Position numbers and translations under genes: made by a program. Below are positions 26,132 through 37,946 of a stretch of DNA of 64,000 nt, in pieces (position 1 is the first letter of the stretch; each line of letters starts with the position of its first letter). Origin of the DNA: Marsupella aquatica (lineage: Eukaryota > Plantae > Marchantiophyta); contig OZ316893.1 of the NCBI GenBank assembly GCA_973895155.1, positions 4,702,977 to 4,766,976 on the forward strand. Reading direction: 5' to 3'. The notes under the pieces are model-generated. The model was not told the origin of the DNA. It searched no databases and saw nothing but the letters and a program-made list of their open reading frames with translations.

Positions 26132-26814
26132 GCTCAAAACGGGAAACTCTTGTATATACTAACAGAATTTTCCATTTCAACACAAATCCTCCTGTATGAT
26201 GGGTCCCCTTTTCGCTCCTCTCCTTGGAATAACAAGCAGTTTCCAGGACCTGATATTGTGTCACTATCGTTGTGTTGCCATTTGAATGTTCATAAATTGA
26301 GGCAAACTAAGGGCATCTCCAATGTTTGGACTGGGTCCAGCCCTTGTTTGCACTTATCGATTTGTCGTTTGCTGTTTGTTCCTAGGGTTTTGCTCAAAAA
26401 CATTGCCCAAATCCAGCAATGAACGAATGCTTTAATTCCAGAGTACACAATTTTGTGCAACTCAGAGCTTTCCTTCCAATTCGAGTTTGTTGGTAAAATT
26501 AAAATAAGGTCCACTTTCCAAGATGGAAAGTCATTAGACGAAAGGTTCCAGAGTAGTCGAATAAACCTTGTTATGTGAACGGGATCGGCAGCGAGCTCGA
26601 AGAGGGTGATAACTCTCACTGGGCATTAACCACCACAAAATCAGCATCTATTAATTACCCCGATATAACCAGAACACACACAAAGCAAGAGATTTGCTAC
26701 CGCAAACCAAGAGTTGTGAAGAGTGTGTCTTGGTTTGTGTAGTGGTCTTGGTTTGTGTAGTGGCCCAGTCACAACAAACTCAACCGTACCACAGGACATG
26801 GAGTTTTGCTTTAC

Positions 26815-27360
26815 AATTTTGGCCAGGTAGCAGGATTGAACCACTAAGAGGTGCTGTGTCCGAAGTACTGAGTGGATCTAGATCCACTGGAACAAGCTTG
26901 TCCTCGAGTTCGACAGCGGGGCCCAGGACCACCATCTTCCGGTCGTTGTTGTTTGTTGTGACAATCATCTAATATTGAGGACAAGCAACCCGAGCTGTTT
27001 GTCGGTTTTGTCCTTCGACCTTCTTTAGCTCGCCCGTCTCCTGCAGATACGGACATGTCCTTCACATGGAAGCTATTTGGTAAGAGACCACGAGGACTGA
27101 AAGGATTTGGGGCAGCTTCGTCAAGGGCATTATCTTCCCCCATCCGTAAACAACGAAAATTAGTGTCGCCGGCGACTGAATCCGTTAGTAAGGATTTCTA
27201 CATTATAATTTTGGGCAGCGAGCAGGATTGAATTACCAAGAGGTGCTGTATCCGAAGTACTGACTGGATCTAGATCCAAATAGAACAAGGTCGTCCTGGA
27301 GTTGGGCCGAGGCATCCAGGACGATGATCTTCCGGTCGTTGTTCTTTGTTTCGACAGTCA
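26815..27360 (-). repeat. Diverged direct duplication (~155 bp; about 26815-26968 and 27205-27360) with short-ORF character
   Basis: Shared blocks AACAACGACCGGAAGAT and GGATCTAGATCCA.TCAGTACTTCGGA.ACAGCACCTCTT on the minus strand. Confidence 0.75.
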
Positions 27361-27493
27361 GCAGACATAGACAAGAAGCTGTTTGTCGACGTGACAAGAT
27401 TTGGTGTGATTCAGTGTGCATTATTAGTACTAAGCGCAGCCAGCTCCAGATGCCCTAGAGTGTTTCGCAACTGCCAAAACAGCTACTGTGAGA

Positions 27494-27597
27494 GTTACAC
27501 TGGGAAGCCTATATAGGGGGTCTTAACATGCGATTGTAAAAATTGCGTTACACTGGGAAGCCTATAGGGGGTCTTAACATGCGATTGAAAAAGTTGC
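27494..27597. repeat. Tandem duplication, ~53-bp unit x2, containing a TATA-like motif
   Basis: GTTACACTGGGAAGCCTATA(TA)GGGGGTCTTAACATGCGATTG occurs twice. Confidence 0.85.
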
Positions 27598-27975
27598 CTT
27601 GCAAAAACGATTGAGTTCAGTGTTAGAGGGAAGAAACTTGCCTAATCGATCCATTTGTGGGAAAAGATAGTGAACACGAACCATTTTACTGTAGGTGGCT
27701 ACTTTGACAAAATTACTCGGGGGTGATACAATTCGTAGCGTTCTCTAGATATGTTTGGTGGTTTAGTGACTATGGGATCACAATTTGAAAATCATCATTT
27801 TAGTGGACTAGACTAAATGCACATTCTTTAAATATTAAGCCTATCCTTTGTATGTTAATGATAACAAAAATGATCATGCATGATCATCATTTTGACATAC
27901 ATAATATTTATCTTTCTTTCCATACACATAATTCTATCCTTCTTTCCATCCACATAATTTTTGGTGGGGCTGTAG

Positions 27976-28090
27976 AGTCACCATCTAGAAGCTTCACTCT
28001 AGAAGCCTAGACCTATTCAACCATCAAAAAAATAATCCACAAGTCACCATCTAGAAGCTTCACTCTAGAAGCCTAGCCCTATTCAACCAT
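27976..28090. repeat. Direct repeat, ~49 bp x2
   Basis: AGTCACCATCTAGAAGCTTCACTCTAGAAGCCTAG.CCTATTCAACCAT at 27976 and 28042. Confidence 0.85.
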
Positions 28091-28114
28091 AGAGAAATTC
28101 ACTAGTTGTGCGCA

Positions 28115-29220
28115 ATCTCCAAAACTCTTGATCTTGATGTTTTCTTGGCCCTAACATAAATTTTCACATTCAGTTTGCAATTTCCCAAACTTTGGACCAG
28201 GTCAAGTATGGCTCATGGAGCATGTATGGGATCAAATGGAAATTTTTTCAGATTTATGTGGTTCATGTCAATCTGGGTTTTCCAAGATTGTTACCTTTGT
28301 TTGTAGTATTTGCTCAGAAGTCTTGCCCTAATCAAATAGTGAAGGATAGGCCGACAAAGATACTTGGGGTTAACCTCACCTTCAATACTTAGAACTTACG
28401 GGACAACTCTGATTTGAAAAGTTAATCCCCAAGTGCCTGGGAGTGGCAGGATTTTGATTTCGGTTTGGTGCTTTCTGAGGAGGCTGACCACCTCCTGGCT
28501 GTGTGCCGGAGGGCACCCTTCGGGAGGAAGCGATCGCATCTGCTCCAAGCCAAGGGCTGGATTGATGCACATCACGGCCAGTGGCTTGCGGTTGGCAGTT
28601 GTCGTGTGACATCAGTCGATCCTGCTGTCTGACTGGAAGGCTCAGGCTGGGATGCTCTGTCGTATTGACGTCCCACTCTGGTGTGGGCTGTGAGGGTGGT
28701 GCTGGGCGGGGTGGGTGAAAAATTTAACCATGAAAACCCCACGGGAAGGGGGAAACACACAGTCCACCAAAAGGCCAGAGCAAGCAAAAGCCCAATGGGC
28801 CAAAGACCCCAACACCAGCTACAGTATGCACACAAACCCAGAACCACCCGGGCCCCACACCCACGAAATTTAAACCATTTCCAAAAAAACAAAATGATCT
28901 CCAAAACTCTTGATCTTGATGTTTTCTTGGCCCTAACATAAATTTTCACATTCAGTTTGCAATTTCCCAAACTTTAGACCAGTTAAGTATGGCTCATGGA
29001 GCATGTGTATGCGATCAAATGGAAAATTTTCAGATTTATGTGGTTCATGTCAATCTGGGTGTTCCAAGATTTTTACCTTTGTTTGTAGTATTTGCTCAGA
29101 ATTCTTGCCCTAATCAAATAGTGAAGGAGAGGCCGACAAAGATACTTAGAAAGGGGGTTAACCTCACCTTCAATACTTAGAACGGGACAACTCTGATTTG
29201 AAAGGTTAACCCCCAAGTGC
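28115..29220. repeat. ~320-bp direct repeats (28115-28436 and 28897-29220) flanking a GC-richer 460-bp spacer
   Basis: Both copies run from ATCTCCAAAACTCTTGATCTTG to CCCCAAGTGC with a few substitutions and indels. Confidence 0.9.
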
Positions 29221-29906
29221 TTCAGAGAAATAAAGTAATCCACATAGAGAGTTCCTTGAAATTAGTTCAATGAACTAGCCTGGAAAGGACTCCAATACAT
29301 TTGGACCATTTTTGTGCTGAGTGCAAGGACCTGTTGTCCTGTATAGTAGAAATGTTGCAAAGAAAAAATGGCAAAGGAAAATAGCTTTGCAACGGATCGT
29401 GCAAAGGAATTGATTGTTGAGGCTTTTCAATCAAACCTCTAAGCATGAATTCTGTGTACACCTTTTGTGCAAGACCTTTCTGTGCAATTACCAAGCAGAT
29501 AACAAGGGGCAACTACATATTGCAAAAGTACCCTGGCCCACAATTTTGCACCAAGTCCAGAATTCAAATCAAATGCATACCAAAAGGGACACTAAAGTCA
29601 ATTGAGGACCAGACCCGAAATGAGTATCAAGTACACATTTGGGGCTTGTTGGACAGACCACCCTACATTGACTTTGATCATGAACAAACTGGTAGTTAGA
29701 AAAATAGGTTTAGACAATAATATTGTGCACTAGACCACCATAGAGATTGCCGAATGTGGGTGCTAGATCTTATATACAGGATGTATGTGTTCCTGTATGT
29801 GTTGGAACTTTACTTTTGTGATACTTATTGTTTAGTTTTTTCACCTTTAGGTTTTCTTTCTGTTGAAGGTAGGATTAGTTAGGTAGGCTTAGCTTATCAT
29901 CTGCGA

Positions 29907-30040
29907 CTAGCTCAAACCCGTGCATTGCACCAAAGATGTCATGAAGAAAAAAGATGCCAAGATGTCGTTAAGAGAAAAGATGTCGGCTCACCCAAGATGT
30001 CGTTAAGAGAAAAGGTGTTGGCTTGCTCAAGATGCCGACA
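29907..30040 (-). mobile_element. Helitron-like 3' terminus with subterminal AAGATGTC repeats
   Basis: Minus strand GTGCAATGCACGGGTTTGAGCTAG|T; adjacent AAGATGTC-type repeats as at 9344-9453. Confidence 0.55.
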
Positions 30041-30049
30041 CCTGAGAAT

Positions 30050-31010
30050 ATGAACCCTCTAGGGTCCAGAGTTGCCCCACAGATGCATGTGGGTTGGCCA
30101 AGGAGGCAAGGGTGACTGAGGAAGACCTAGTCAAAGGCACATAGACGTGGTGAAGAGAAAGGAGCTCATACAGAAAGGGGCCCAAAAGGGACTAGCAGAT
30201 AGCCAGGCTCCTAAACCCGAACTAGATAGGATAAGAGGCGAGCTCGAATGGAGTCCAAAGGTGCATCAAAGAGCATGCTAGAAAGGGAGTGACAGTGCAT
30301 GCAATCAATAATCACCTGCACTTGCAGAACATGATCAAGCTGTCCAAGACAATCTCCCCAAAAGCAAGTTCAACAGCCTGCACAACCTTGAGTAGCAATG
30401 ACCGAGCGTGGTGCAAACTGAACCTGGAAAGGCAAAACCCCATCCTCAACCTCCATGACATGGTCAAAGAGGAGTGGCTGAAAGTCCACAATGAAACGGG
30501 AGGTAAGGGCAGGCCCACCTGTGCCCAACAGCCTAGGAAAGCAAAGGGAGCAATGGCAACAGGTAATGAAACGCCCATGCTGCCACCCGATGGGCGGGGG
30601 CAAAGTAACCTGTTGCATAGCAAAAGAACTATCATCTCCATCAAAGGGCCCAGGGCCAATAAGGTGACCACAAGCCTCCATCCCAGCGGTGTCAAATGAG
30701 CCGGGACAGAAACATGGGGGTGAGAGGCATAGTCCAGAGAAGGTACAATGGGAGTGCCAACAACATCACCATGGCAACCTATGTCTCCTTGGGTCATCAG
30801 TGTTTGCCCATGTGCATAACACACACTTAGATCGAAGGAACAGTATTGTAGGGCCCAGAGTATTGTTGAGATTCCATCTAACAGTTACAAAAGTTCATTT
30901 GACATATAATGCTGCCAACGAACAAGAATGGCTAACCAACAGACAAGATCCCAAAAGGCATGCAAGCGATCCAATAAAGCAGAGAAAACCAAGGGGTCCA
31001 CACTTTAGAT
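30050..31010 (-). mobile_element. Degenerate non-LTR retrotransposon fragment (CRE/R2-like region downstream of RT)
   Basis: Frameshifted translation gives QVTLPP..GG.G...VAIAPFAFLGCWAQV.PALTSRF...QPLLFDHVMEVEDGVLPFQ, resembling the LPxRxGGLG...AFLxSW motif of restriction-like-endonuclease LINEs; many stops. Confidence 0.55.
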
Positions 31011-33697
31011 AGGGTTTTCTTCTTCCCCAATCCAGTAATATTTACTAAGTTAGAATTCTTAGCCAAAATTGTTTAATATTTCAACAATTGTAATGCCCAG
31101 ATGGGAACAAAGGGCATGAAGTGGACTACTCCTACTATATTTGGTCAGTTATAGATATTATCTGAGATGGGAGCTCCATCCAAACATATGCACTTGGATG
31201 AAATCCAAAATCTTCCTCTATGGACTGAAAGCTTCTATATATTAAATGCATGTCATCCTAGCTCAAATACATGTTTCTATAAATCTCATGGAAGCTTATA
31301 AATACTATTCTAGCAACATAATTGAAATACAAATCACCTTATCTTATAGCTCCTGACAGGTGACACCCAAGGAAAAAGTACCAAAAGCACAGGCACACGA
31401 AACCCCATGCGCTGGGCCTCCCAGTCCCCTGGCCACCAGGCGCGGCCCTAGTGGCCGGTGGCCCCAGGAACGACGGCCAAGGGACGAATTTGAGGGTCGT
31501 GACACCCACGATCCATCCACACGTTGCCCCTCATGCAATACCAGCCGTACGATCTCCATGGAACCGGAACCCCTAAACCCCCAGACGGTACCGTCCCTCT
31601 CCCCCACCGGCCCACCCCACCCCACCCCACTCCACACCACGACTACAGTCTACTGTACTACAGCAACTGAGTCCTGCAACCTCCTCAGTCACGCTCCGCT
31701 CCGAACCAAATCAAGCTCGTTGGGTTGGTCGGTCAGTCGGTCAGTTGAACGAGGAGCTACCTACTAAGTTACGGAACAGGTGGAGTCTAATGTTCGCTCC
31801 AATTTCCAATCCAATGTGAGATCGTGCTCCAATGTCTGATTGTACTGAAGCGAGCAAGCAAGCGAGCAAGCAAACAGTGAGATCGCCACATTGGTGCCGT
31901 CCGCTCTGTTCGTCGTCTTCAGAATGTTGCTAAACATTGCGAAGTGAAGGTTTCTGTCCGGTCGTCGAGCGCAATGCTTGCGAATGAAAGCTTGAGAGAG
32001 AACGATGAAGGGAGCAATCTCCCCACAATGCGTAGATGAGTGGGTGGGAGCGAGACTGCGAATCGATCGCCCTGCGCCGTGCTAGTGGCCGGTGGGCGGG
32101 CCGCTACAGCAGCTGCTGCTAATAATAATAATGCTGCGCGCTACTGCCGGTTCCCTTGCCTTGCCATTCCGCGTCCTTCCTCGGTGCAGTATCTCCTGCC
32201 TCCAGCAACTCATCAGACGACATTGCGCCTACTGTGGTCTTTCGCGCCAGCAGCGCGTTTGTGATACGGTGCACAATGCAGTGCAATGTTCATGCAGCAC
32301 ACCTCGTGATCGATCGCGTTATGGACACATCATTTCGGACCATATCTGGCTGAAATGGACTAGCGCTGTGTGGATTTGTAGTTAGTCGCACTCTCCTGTG
32401 ATAGCAGCACTAATCAGTGGCGTCGTGTGTATCGCAGCCTTCCTGCCAATGGTTATCGTGGGAAGGCAATAGCAAATCTCACCATCATTGTCGCGTGGAG
32501 GTACTGTACTGGCGGATGGTAGCATCATTTGTCTGACGAGATGGATGCAAAATGGGCACGTTGGGTGCGCCTGTGCGAGATCTGATCCTTCCGAGAAGCA
32601 AAATGAATTGCGAGAGGACGCGGGTCACATAGTCTGCTACTGTTGTCGTGCTTGCATTGCGAGGAGGAGGGCAGGGCGTAGCAAGTCAGAGGCCGTTGTA
32701 TGTTCGTGCAGGATGTGCTTAGCCTTCCTGCTGATGAATGACTGGAGTGATCGTTATCAATGACATAAGTCGTCAGTCATGAATGAAGGACGTGCTCCCG
32801 GCTCAATAACAGGAAGAGTGATCTCTTATTAAGGACAAGTGATTCGCGTTTGATGAGAGCTCTTTTCTAGGTTGTGGATGTGGCAAGGTTTTTCTTGAGG
32901 TTTACAAATCGACGACATTGACAGTCCTGGTTCTGGACAGGAGAGTAGAATCAGCCATTCATTTAAGAGATCGGTTGGAGCCCGTTCTAGACTACAAGAA
33001 AGGCTTTGGGCAAGCTCGAGAATCGAAGCAGCTGAAGTTAAAGGTCCTCATTCTGAAGGGAATGGTGGCCACTCCTCCGGCTGGAAAGTCAGATCCATTT
33101 TAGACGGGTTGCACTTTGAGCAGGTGGATGAAAATGTCCGAACTTTTGGAAATGCTTGCATCTAAGCAGTTCCTTGACATCTATTGCTGGAACTGGACTC
33201 GAAATTAGGGTCGGGGATTAACTTGAGAGATCCTCTCCCGGCGAGAGAGATTTGCACTGATGTTACGCAGGAAACTGTTTATCCTCATCTTTTGAGTGCA
33301 TCGGAGTCTGTGATCAAATGAGATCAAGATGGTTGGACAGATTGCCACACACAGAGATATTTGATGCTGGACTGACGTCAACTTGAACTTCAGCAGAATG
33401 AGAGACTGTAGATCTTTGCAGGGTCGCATCGGCGCCAAGGGTTCACTCTGTGGATAAACTACCGCTTTGAATTACCGGCATGTGACGCTGGTAAGCTCAA
33501 GAAGTGATCAGCAGTGGGAAATTGCTGGACCTTTCCTAGAGTAGGTCGGAAGATCAATGCTAGCTGTATATATCTGATAGCAGGTTTGCTCAAGTTTTGC
33601 ACCAAATAAACGGTAATTCAAACCCTAAACTTCTCGCAAGTTGTTAGGGTAGTACAGTACAAATTGCCAATCGGGCAAAGATTGTGGGAAGGGCAAA

Positions 33698-35290
33698 ATG
33701 GTCCTGGTATACGAGTACAGGATTCCTCTCCCCTTTACTATGCAAGAGTATGAAATAGCCCAATTGTACATGGTTGCCAAATACAGTGCTAGTGAATCCT
33801 CAGGGGACAGTGGGGACGGCGTGGAGGTTTTGAAGAACGAGCCTTTCGAAGAGAAGGATCGAAAGGGCCAGTACACCCACAAAATTTATCACTTGGCAAG
33901 CAAGCTGCCGAGCTGGATGGTAAGTCTGCTACCGAAGAATGCACTGCTTCTAGAGGAGGAAGCCTGGAACGCTTACCCACATTGCACCACCGTGCTCAAG
34001 TGTCCCTTCTTGAGCAAGTTCAAGCTGATTCTAGAAACTAACCATGTGGCGGATCGAGGGACATCTGAGAACGCACTGAACATGGATCCCAAGACACTTA
34101 AGAAACGGCAGGTGGAATTCATCGATATAGCCATGGATCAGGTAGAAAACTACGTTCCGGAAGAGGATCCAACTCTCTTCAAGTCCAAAAAGACAGGCAG
34201 AGGACCGCTGACAGAGGGATGGTTAGCGAAATGCGAGCCTGTGATGTGCGCTTACAAATGTGTCACCGTAGATGTGCCCTACTGGGGCTTCGGCTCTCGA
34301 ATAGAGAAGTTCATCGCCAAGACGGCGCAGAGAAAGATCCTCCTGGAGGGCCATCGCAAGTGCTTCACGTGGCTGGATGAATGGCATGGGCTGACAATGC
34401 AGGATGTGCGGAGGATGGAGGCGGAGACCGCTGAGGCCATCAAACGAGCTCGAGCGATGGCCTTAAACAAATTGAACTGTGGAGAATTAGAAGAACCAAA
34501 TGGACATTTAGACGCTGTTGTCAGCATGGAGGAGGAGGAGGAGGACACTTACGCAATTTCTGGTTCCTTGCACAGCCCACACGACGATGTCAACTCCCCC
34601 CGGACAGGCGCTTCAAATCGCTCCACCATTTCCAGAAATCCAAGCCATCGTCAGTCGAGCCTGAGGCAGAGATCTCCTAGTATCAGTGTTGGTCCATCTT
34701 TTTCGATGGGAATCTCTACAATTTCGGCCACAGAAAAAGAGAGCTCGGAATCGCAGCCTGATAGAATTAGTACAAGTTCAGTTCCTCCGCGCCCAATCTC
34801 ATCACCCACTCAATGGAAGTCAGCTAATGGTGTAGCCAACGGGACCTTCAAGACTCCTACATCAACTACTGCGCATTTGTCCGAAGACATGGCCAATTTA
34901 TTGAGGGCTGGATCTTGTGAATCCTTCGAAGCGAGAACTCAATTGGACAATCAGACCTGGGAGTTAGAGCAGTACGGCATTGTGCCGTCCCCTTCACAGG
35001 ACGAGGACTCTCACGCCAGCGTTGAAGTAGCTAAGTGCGTGGATGTGCTGGACAGAGCCATCAGTTGGGCCAAAGCCCTGAAGTTGAAGAAGGATACCGT
35101 GATGAATGGAGCAGTAGCCAAAAAGAGTGGAGTTGTCGCCCCGGTCGATGAGATTTCTGACAGTAATGGAGACGCAGGGAAGCCCAAAGCAAATGATGTG
35201 GATCGGTACATTGACGTTCTCGACACAGCTCTCTCGGCAGTCACGAGGAGACCTTCAAGTATCCAAGTTGTAAAGCAAAGTTCCAGCTAG
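33698..35290 (+). CDS. START-fold phosphatidylinositol transfer protein (PITP/RdgB family, IP_trans domain) with long Ser-rich C-terminal tail; CDS intronless
   Basis: 530-aa ORF: EYRIPLPFTMQEYEIAQLYMVAK, GVEVLKNEPF, GQYTHKIYHLASKLP, EEAWNAYP, EEDPTLFKSKKTGRGPL, MCAYK, GHRKCFTWLDEW. Confidence 0.93.
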   Translation: MVLVYEYRIPLPFTMQEYEIAQLYMVAKYSASESSGDSGDGVEVLKNEPFEEKDRKGQYTHKIYHLASKLPSWMVSLLPKNALLLEEEAWNAYPHCTTVLKCPFLSKFKLILETNHVADRGTSENALNMDPKTLKKRQVEFIDIAMDQVENYVPEEDPTLFKSKKTGRGPLTEGWLAKCEPVMCAYKCVTVDVPYWGFGSRIEKFIAKTAQRKILLEGHRKCFTWLDEWHGLTMQDVRRMEAETAEAIKRARAMALNKLNCGELEEPNGHLDAVVSMEEEEEDTYAISGSLHSPHDDVNSPRTGASNRSTISRNPSHRQSSLRQRSPSISVGPSFSMGISTISATEKESSESQPDRISTSSVPPRPISSPTQWKSANGVANGTFKTPTSTTAHLSEDMANLLRAGSCESFEARTQLDNQTWELEQYGIVPSPSQDEDSHASVEVAKCVDVLDRAISWAKALKLKKDTVMNGAVAKKSGVVAPVDEISDSNGDAGKPKANDVDRYIDVLDTALSAVTRRPSSIQVVKQSSS

Positions 35291-37511
35291 CAAGGAGATA
35301 GCGAGGCCCATAGTATAGACAAATGATTCTTTCCTTCTGGCCCACTGTAACAACAAACCCCATTCCGACGGAAAAACTAGCACCCGATAGATTCCCAGAT
35401 ACTGACGAGGTCGTCAAAATTCTTCCTTAATCAGTTTTTGGTCAATCTTGTATTTTTATGGCGCTCAGTACCCGTGGCTGCATAGCAACTGGCGCAAGCT
35501 AGTCTCTGGTTCAGCGATTAGGAAGTGAACTCATAATCCAGAACTCCTCTTCATTTGCCATATTTTTTAATAGAAAACGTAGAGCAAACATCATGAAGGC
35601 AACAGTGGCAGGTGTCTGAGTAAGCTAGAGTTTGGACACGGGGATCCTTCCCACTGAAGTAGCGCAATTCTTTGATTCCATGAATTGGAAGCGGATTCTT
35701 AAAATAGTGCAAACAAATTCGTATGATTTGAAACAAATTCTTTTGATTACACTAAATTGCGTGGCTGTGTTTTCACACAATGCAGGATGCCCACTTGAAG
35801 CACTGCTGACAAGACAAATATTTGAATTTGAGGATCAAGGAGGCCAATCACTTTGCATTGAAACGTTGTCAGCTTAATTACGATAGCTTTCTGTGCTTTC
35901 AACTTGTTTGGAAGGGCCTCTGGTATTGTAATCCTTGATCTCGCACTGTTGTAAGGTTACTTCTCCTGTTTGAAGATCGGAAAAGTATACTTACGCTGAT
36001 GACCAGGTTACCTCTCATTATCGCCATACCTGAGCCATCAGAAACACAACGCAATGTACTGGCAAATGATAGCAATGTAATTTCCTTACTGCATTGCAAG
36101 TTGATGAAAACATTGGATTGGTACAAAGGCGTTTCGAATATACTGGATCACTGGGATTGAAACCTGAAATTACAAGACGGCGACTTTTCCAGGAGCTTGT
36201 TTGACGAGATCTTGAAGTTTAGCCAGTCAGTACAAACCTTGGAAACGTACTTGCTTTTTTGAGAACGCAGTCTGAATGACTCATTTGGACTTTGAGACCA
36301 TCGTGAAGTGTTTGTTCACTAGTACTGTCGATTGTTCGCGAATGCCTCACTAGGCTGAACCAGCACGTTTAGTTTCTAGTGCTGGAAAAACTTTCGAAAT
36401 TCTTAGTTACCGGGAATAACAGTACGAAATATTGGTGTGAATTCTGGCCAAAGAGCGACATGTAAAACAGTAGTGCATTCAATCCCTGAATAAATCGAGG
36501 AAAATTTTTCCTCGTGCTGTACTTCTCACATCTACTGCCAAGAGTTTAGGAGTAAACAAGCGAAGAAAGGTTTACTCTCAGACACTGCAACTCTATTCTC
36601 TTGTACGTCGGGCATGGGTCTGCTGCCACTATAAGCTCTTACCTTTGCCCTGTTGTTTTAATTTGGCCCCGTGGACTCTTATTTCCGTCTCTCTTGCAAC
36701 AAGGACAAAGAACTAAGACGATTGTGTGTTTATGTATAATCCGGATTCGGAATTTTAGATGGACCGTTTGTGAGAAATCCTAATCAAAGAAACAGTTGTG
36801 ACGAAGGCAAAGGTGCGGGAAGAGATGATAATATGCATTCATTCAAAGGGACCTACGCTGCTGACCAAGGAGTTCATTCATTAAGAATCTTCAATTGCCT
36901 TTTGTGCTCTTCTTTAGACCATATGCCAAGGACTGCACATCAGTAGCAGAAGTTGAAGTTGAGAGACTTGTCCAGCCTCTCGTCAGGGGATTCCATTTGG
37001 GGCGATCTCAAGAGTTTTTCCCTGGAATCGGGAGCCTCTTCGCAATCCACCACACATTCTCCTCAAAAGAGGGGGCTTGCCAGGCTAAGCTTGGCATCGT
37101 GCGTACCTAGCTATTGGACAAACCACAAGACCTCACACTTCGTCATATTTTAAGTCTTTCTGCACGCTAACACTTGATACTGCCTGGAAGGATTAATGAA
37201 TGCTACATTCAGAGAGAGTCTCCATATCATCTCAAGCTTCGATCTTTCGATCTTCGCAGTCTCGAAACCTCAATGTGTCAACCGATCAAGTTCCTAATGG
37301 CGCGTTTCCATCCAACATCCAGTTACCAAGCAGAATGTACTAAACAACCGCTTGGATATCTACTGTACTACGGCATCTCTTCCACCGTACGACCTCTCCC
37401 ATTAAGTGTTTCTCCCATCCAGACGAGGGAGAGCGACTCTTACACTGAAGTGTCTACCTATCGTTTTCGAAATAATAATAAACACAATAAACGGTCTGAA
37501 GTAGCCTTATT

Positions 37512-37610
37512 GCCATCGCTAGACTCCTCTCCTTCATCAGCGTGACCCCTTAAAGACGGGACGCCATCGCTAGACTCATTTCCTTCATCAGCGTGACCCC
37601 TTAAAGACGG
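37512..37610. repeat. Tandem duplication, 51-bp unit x2
   Basis: GCCATCGCTAGACTC.T.TCCTTCATCAGCGTGACCCCTTAAAGACGG occurs twice. Confidence 0.9.
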
Positions 37611-37946
37611 AACAGAGAAACTTCCGTTATTCTCCAAAGAATTTCCTTCTTATGTGAACCACCAGTTCGAAATCTCAGCGAGCGACCGTAAGCAATCACT
37701 TCTTATACTTCATAAAGTGAGATCTACCACGGAGAGTGACGTAGAGAAACAAGGAGAGAATGTTTCACACAACACCTTGACTACCTCTGCCGTGGAGAAT
37801 TGACGTGAGGATGATCTGGTCAGGCTGATCTAAGACCTATTCAAGAAGAGCAAATGAAGCTCACTTATTTTCCAGCAATGCTCACACTTCAAATAGGTTG
37901 CAGACAAGTGTCGAAGGTAAACTCCTGCTGCTGCGTGTTCTTCATA

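Noticed and set aside
28115-29220. TRIM retrotransposon
   Set aside because: No TG...CA ends, PBS, PPT or TSD found.
31640-33600. ORFs or miRNA hairpin upstream of the PITP gene
   Set aside because: Best explained as 5' UTR plus a long leader intron; no long foldback or known miRNA recognised.
36780-37110. Trp-rich short minus-strand frame (MPSLAWQAPSFEENVWW...)
   Set aside because: Short, interrupted by stops, no recognisable family or gene structure.
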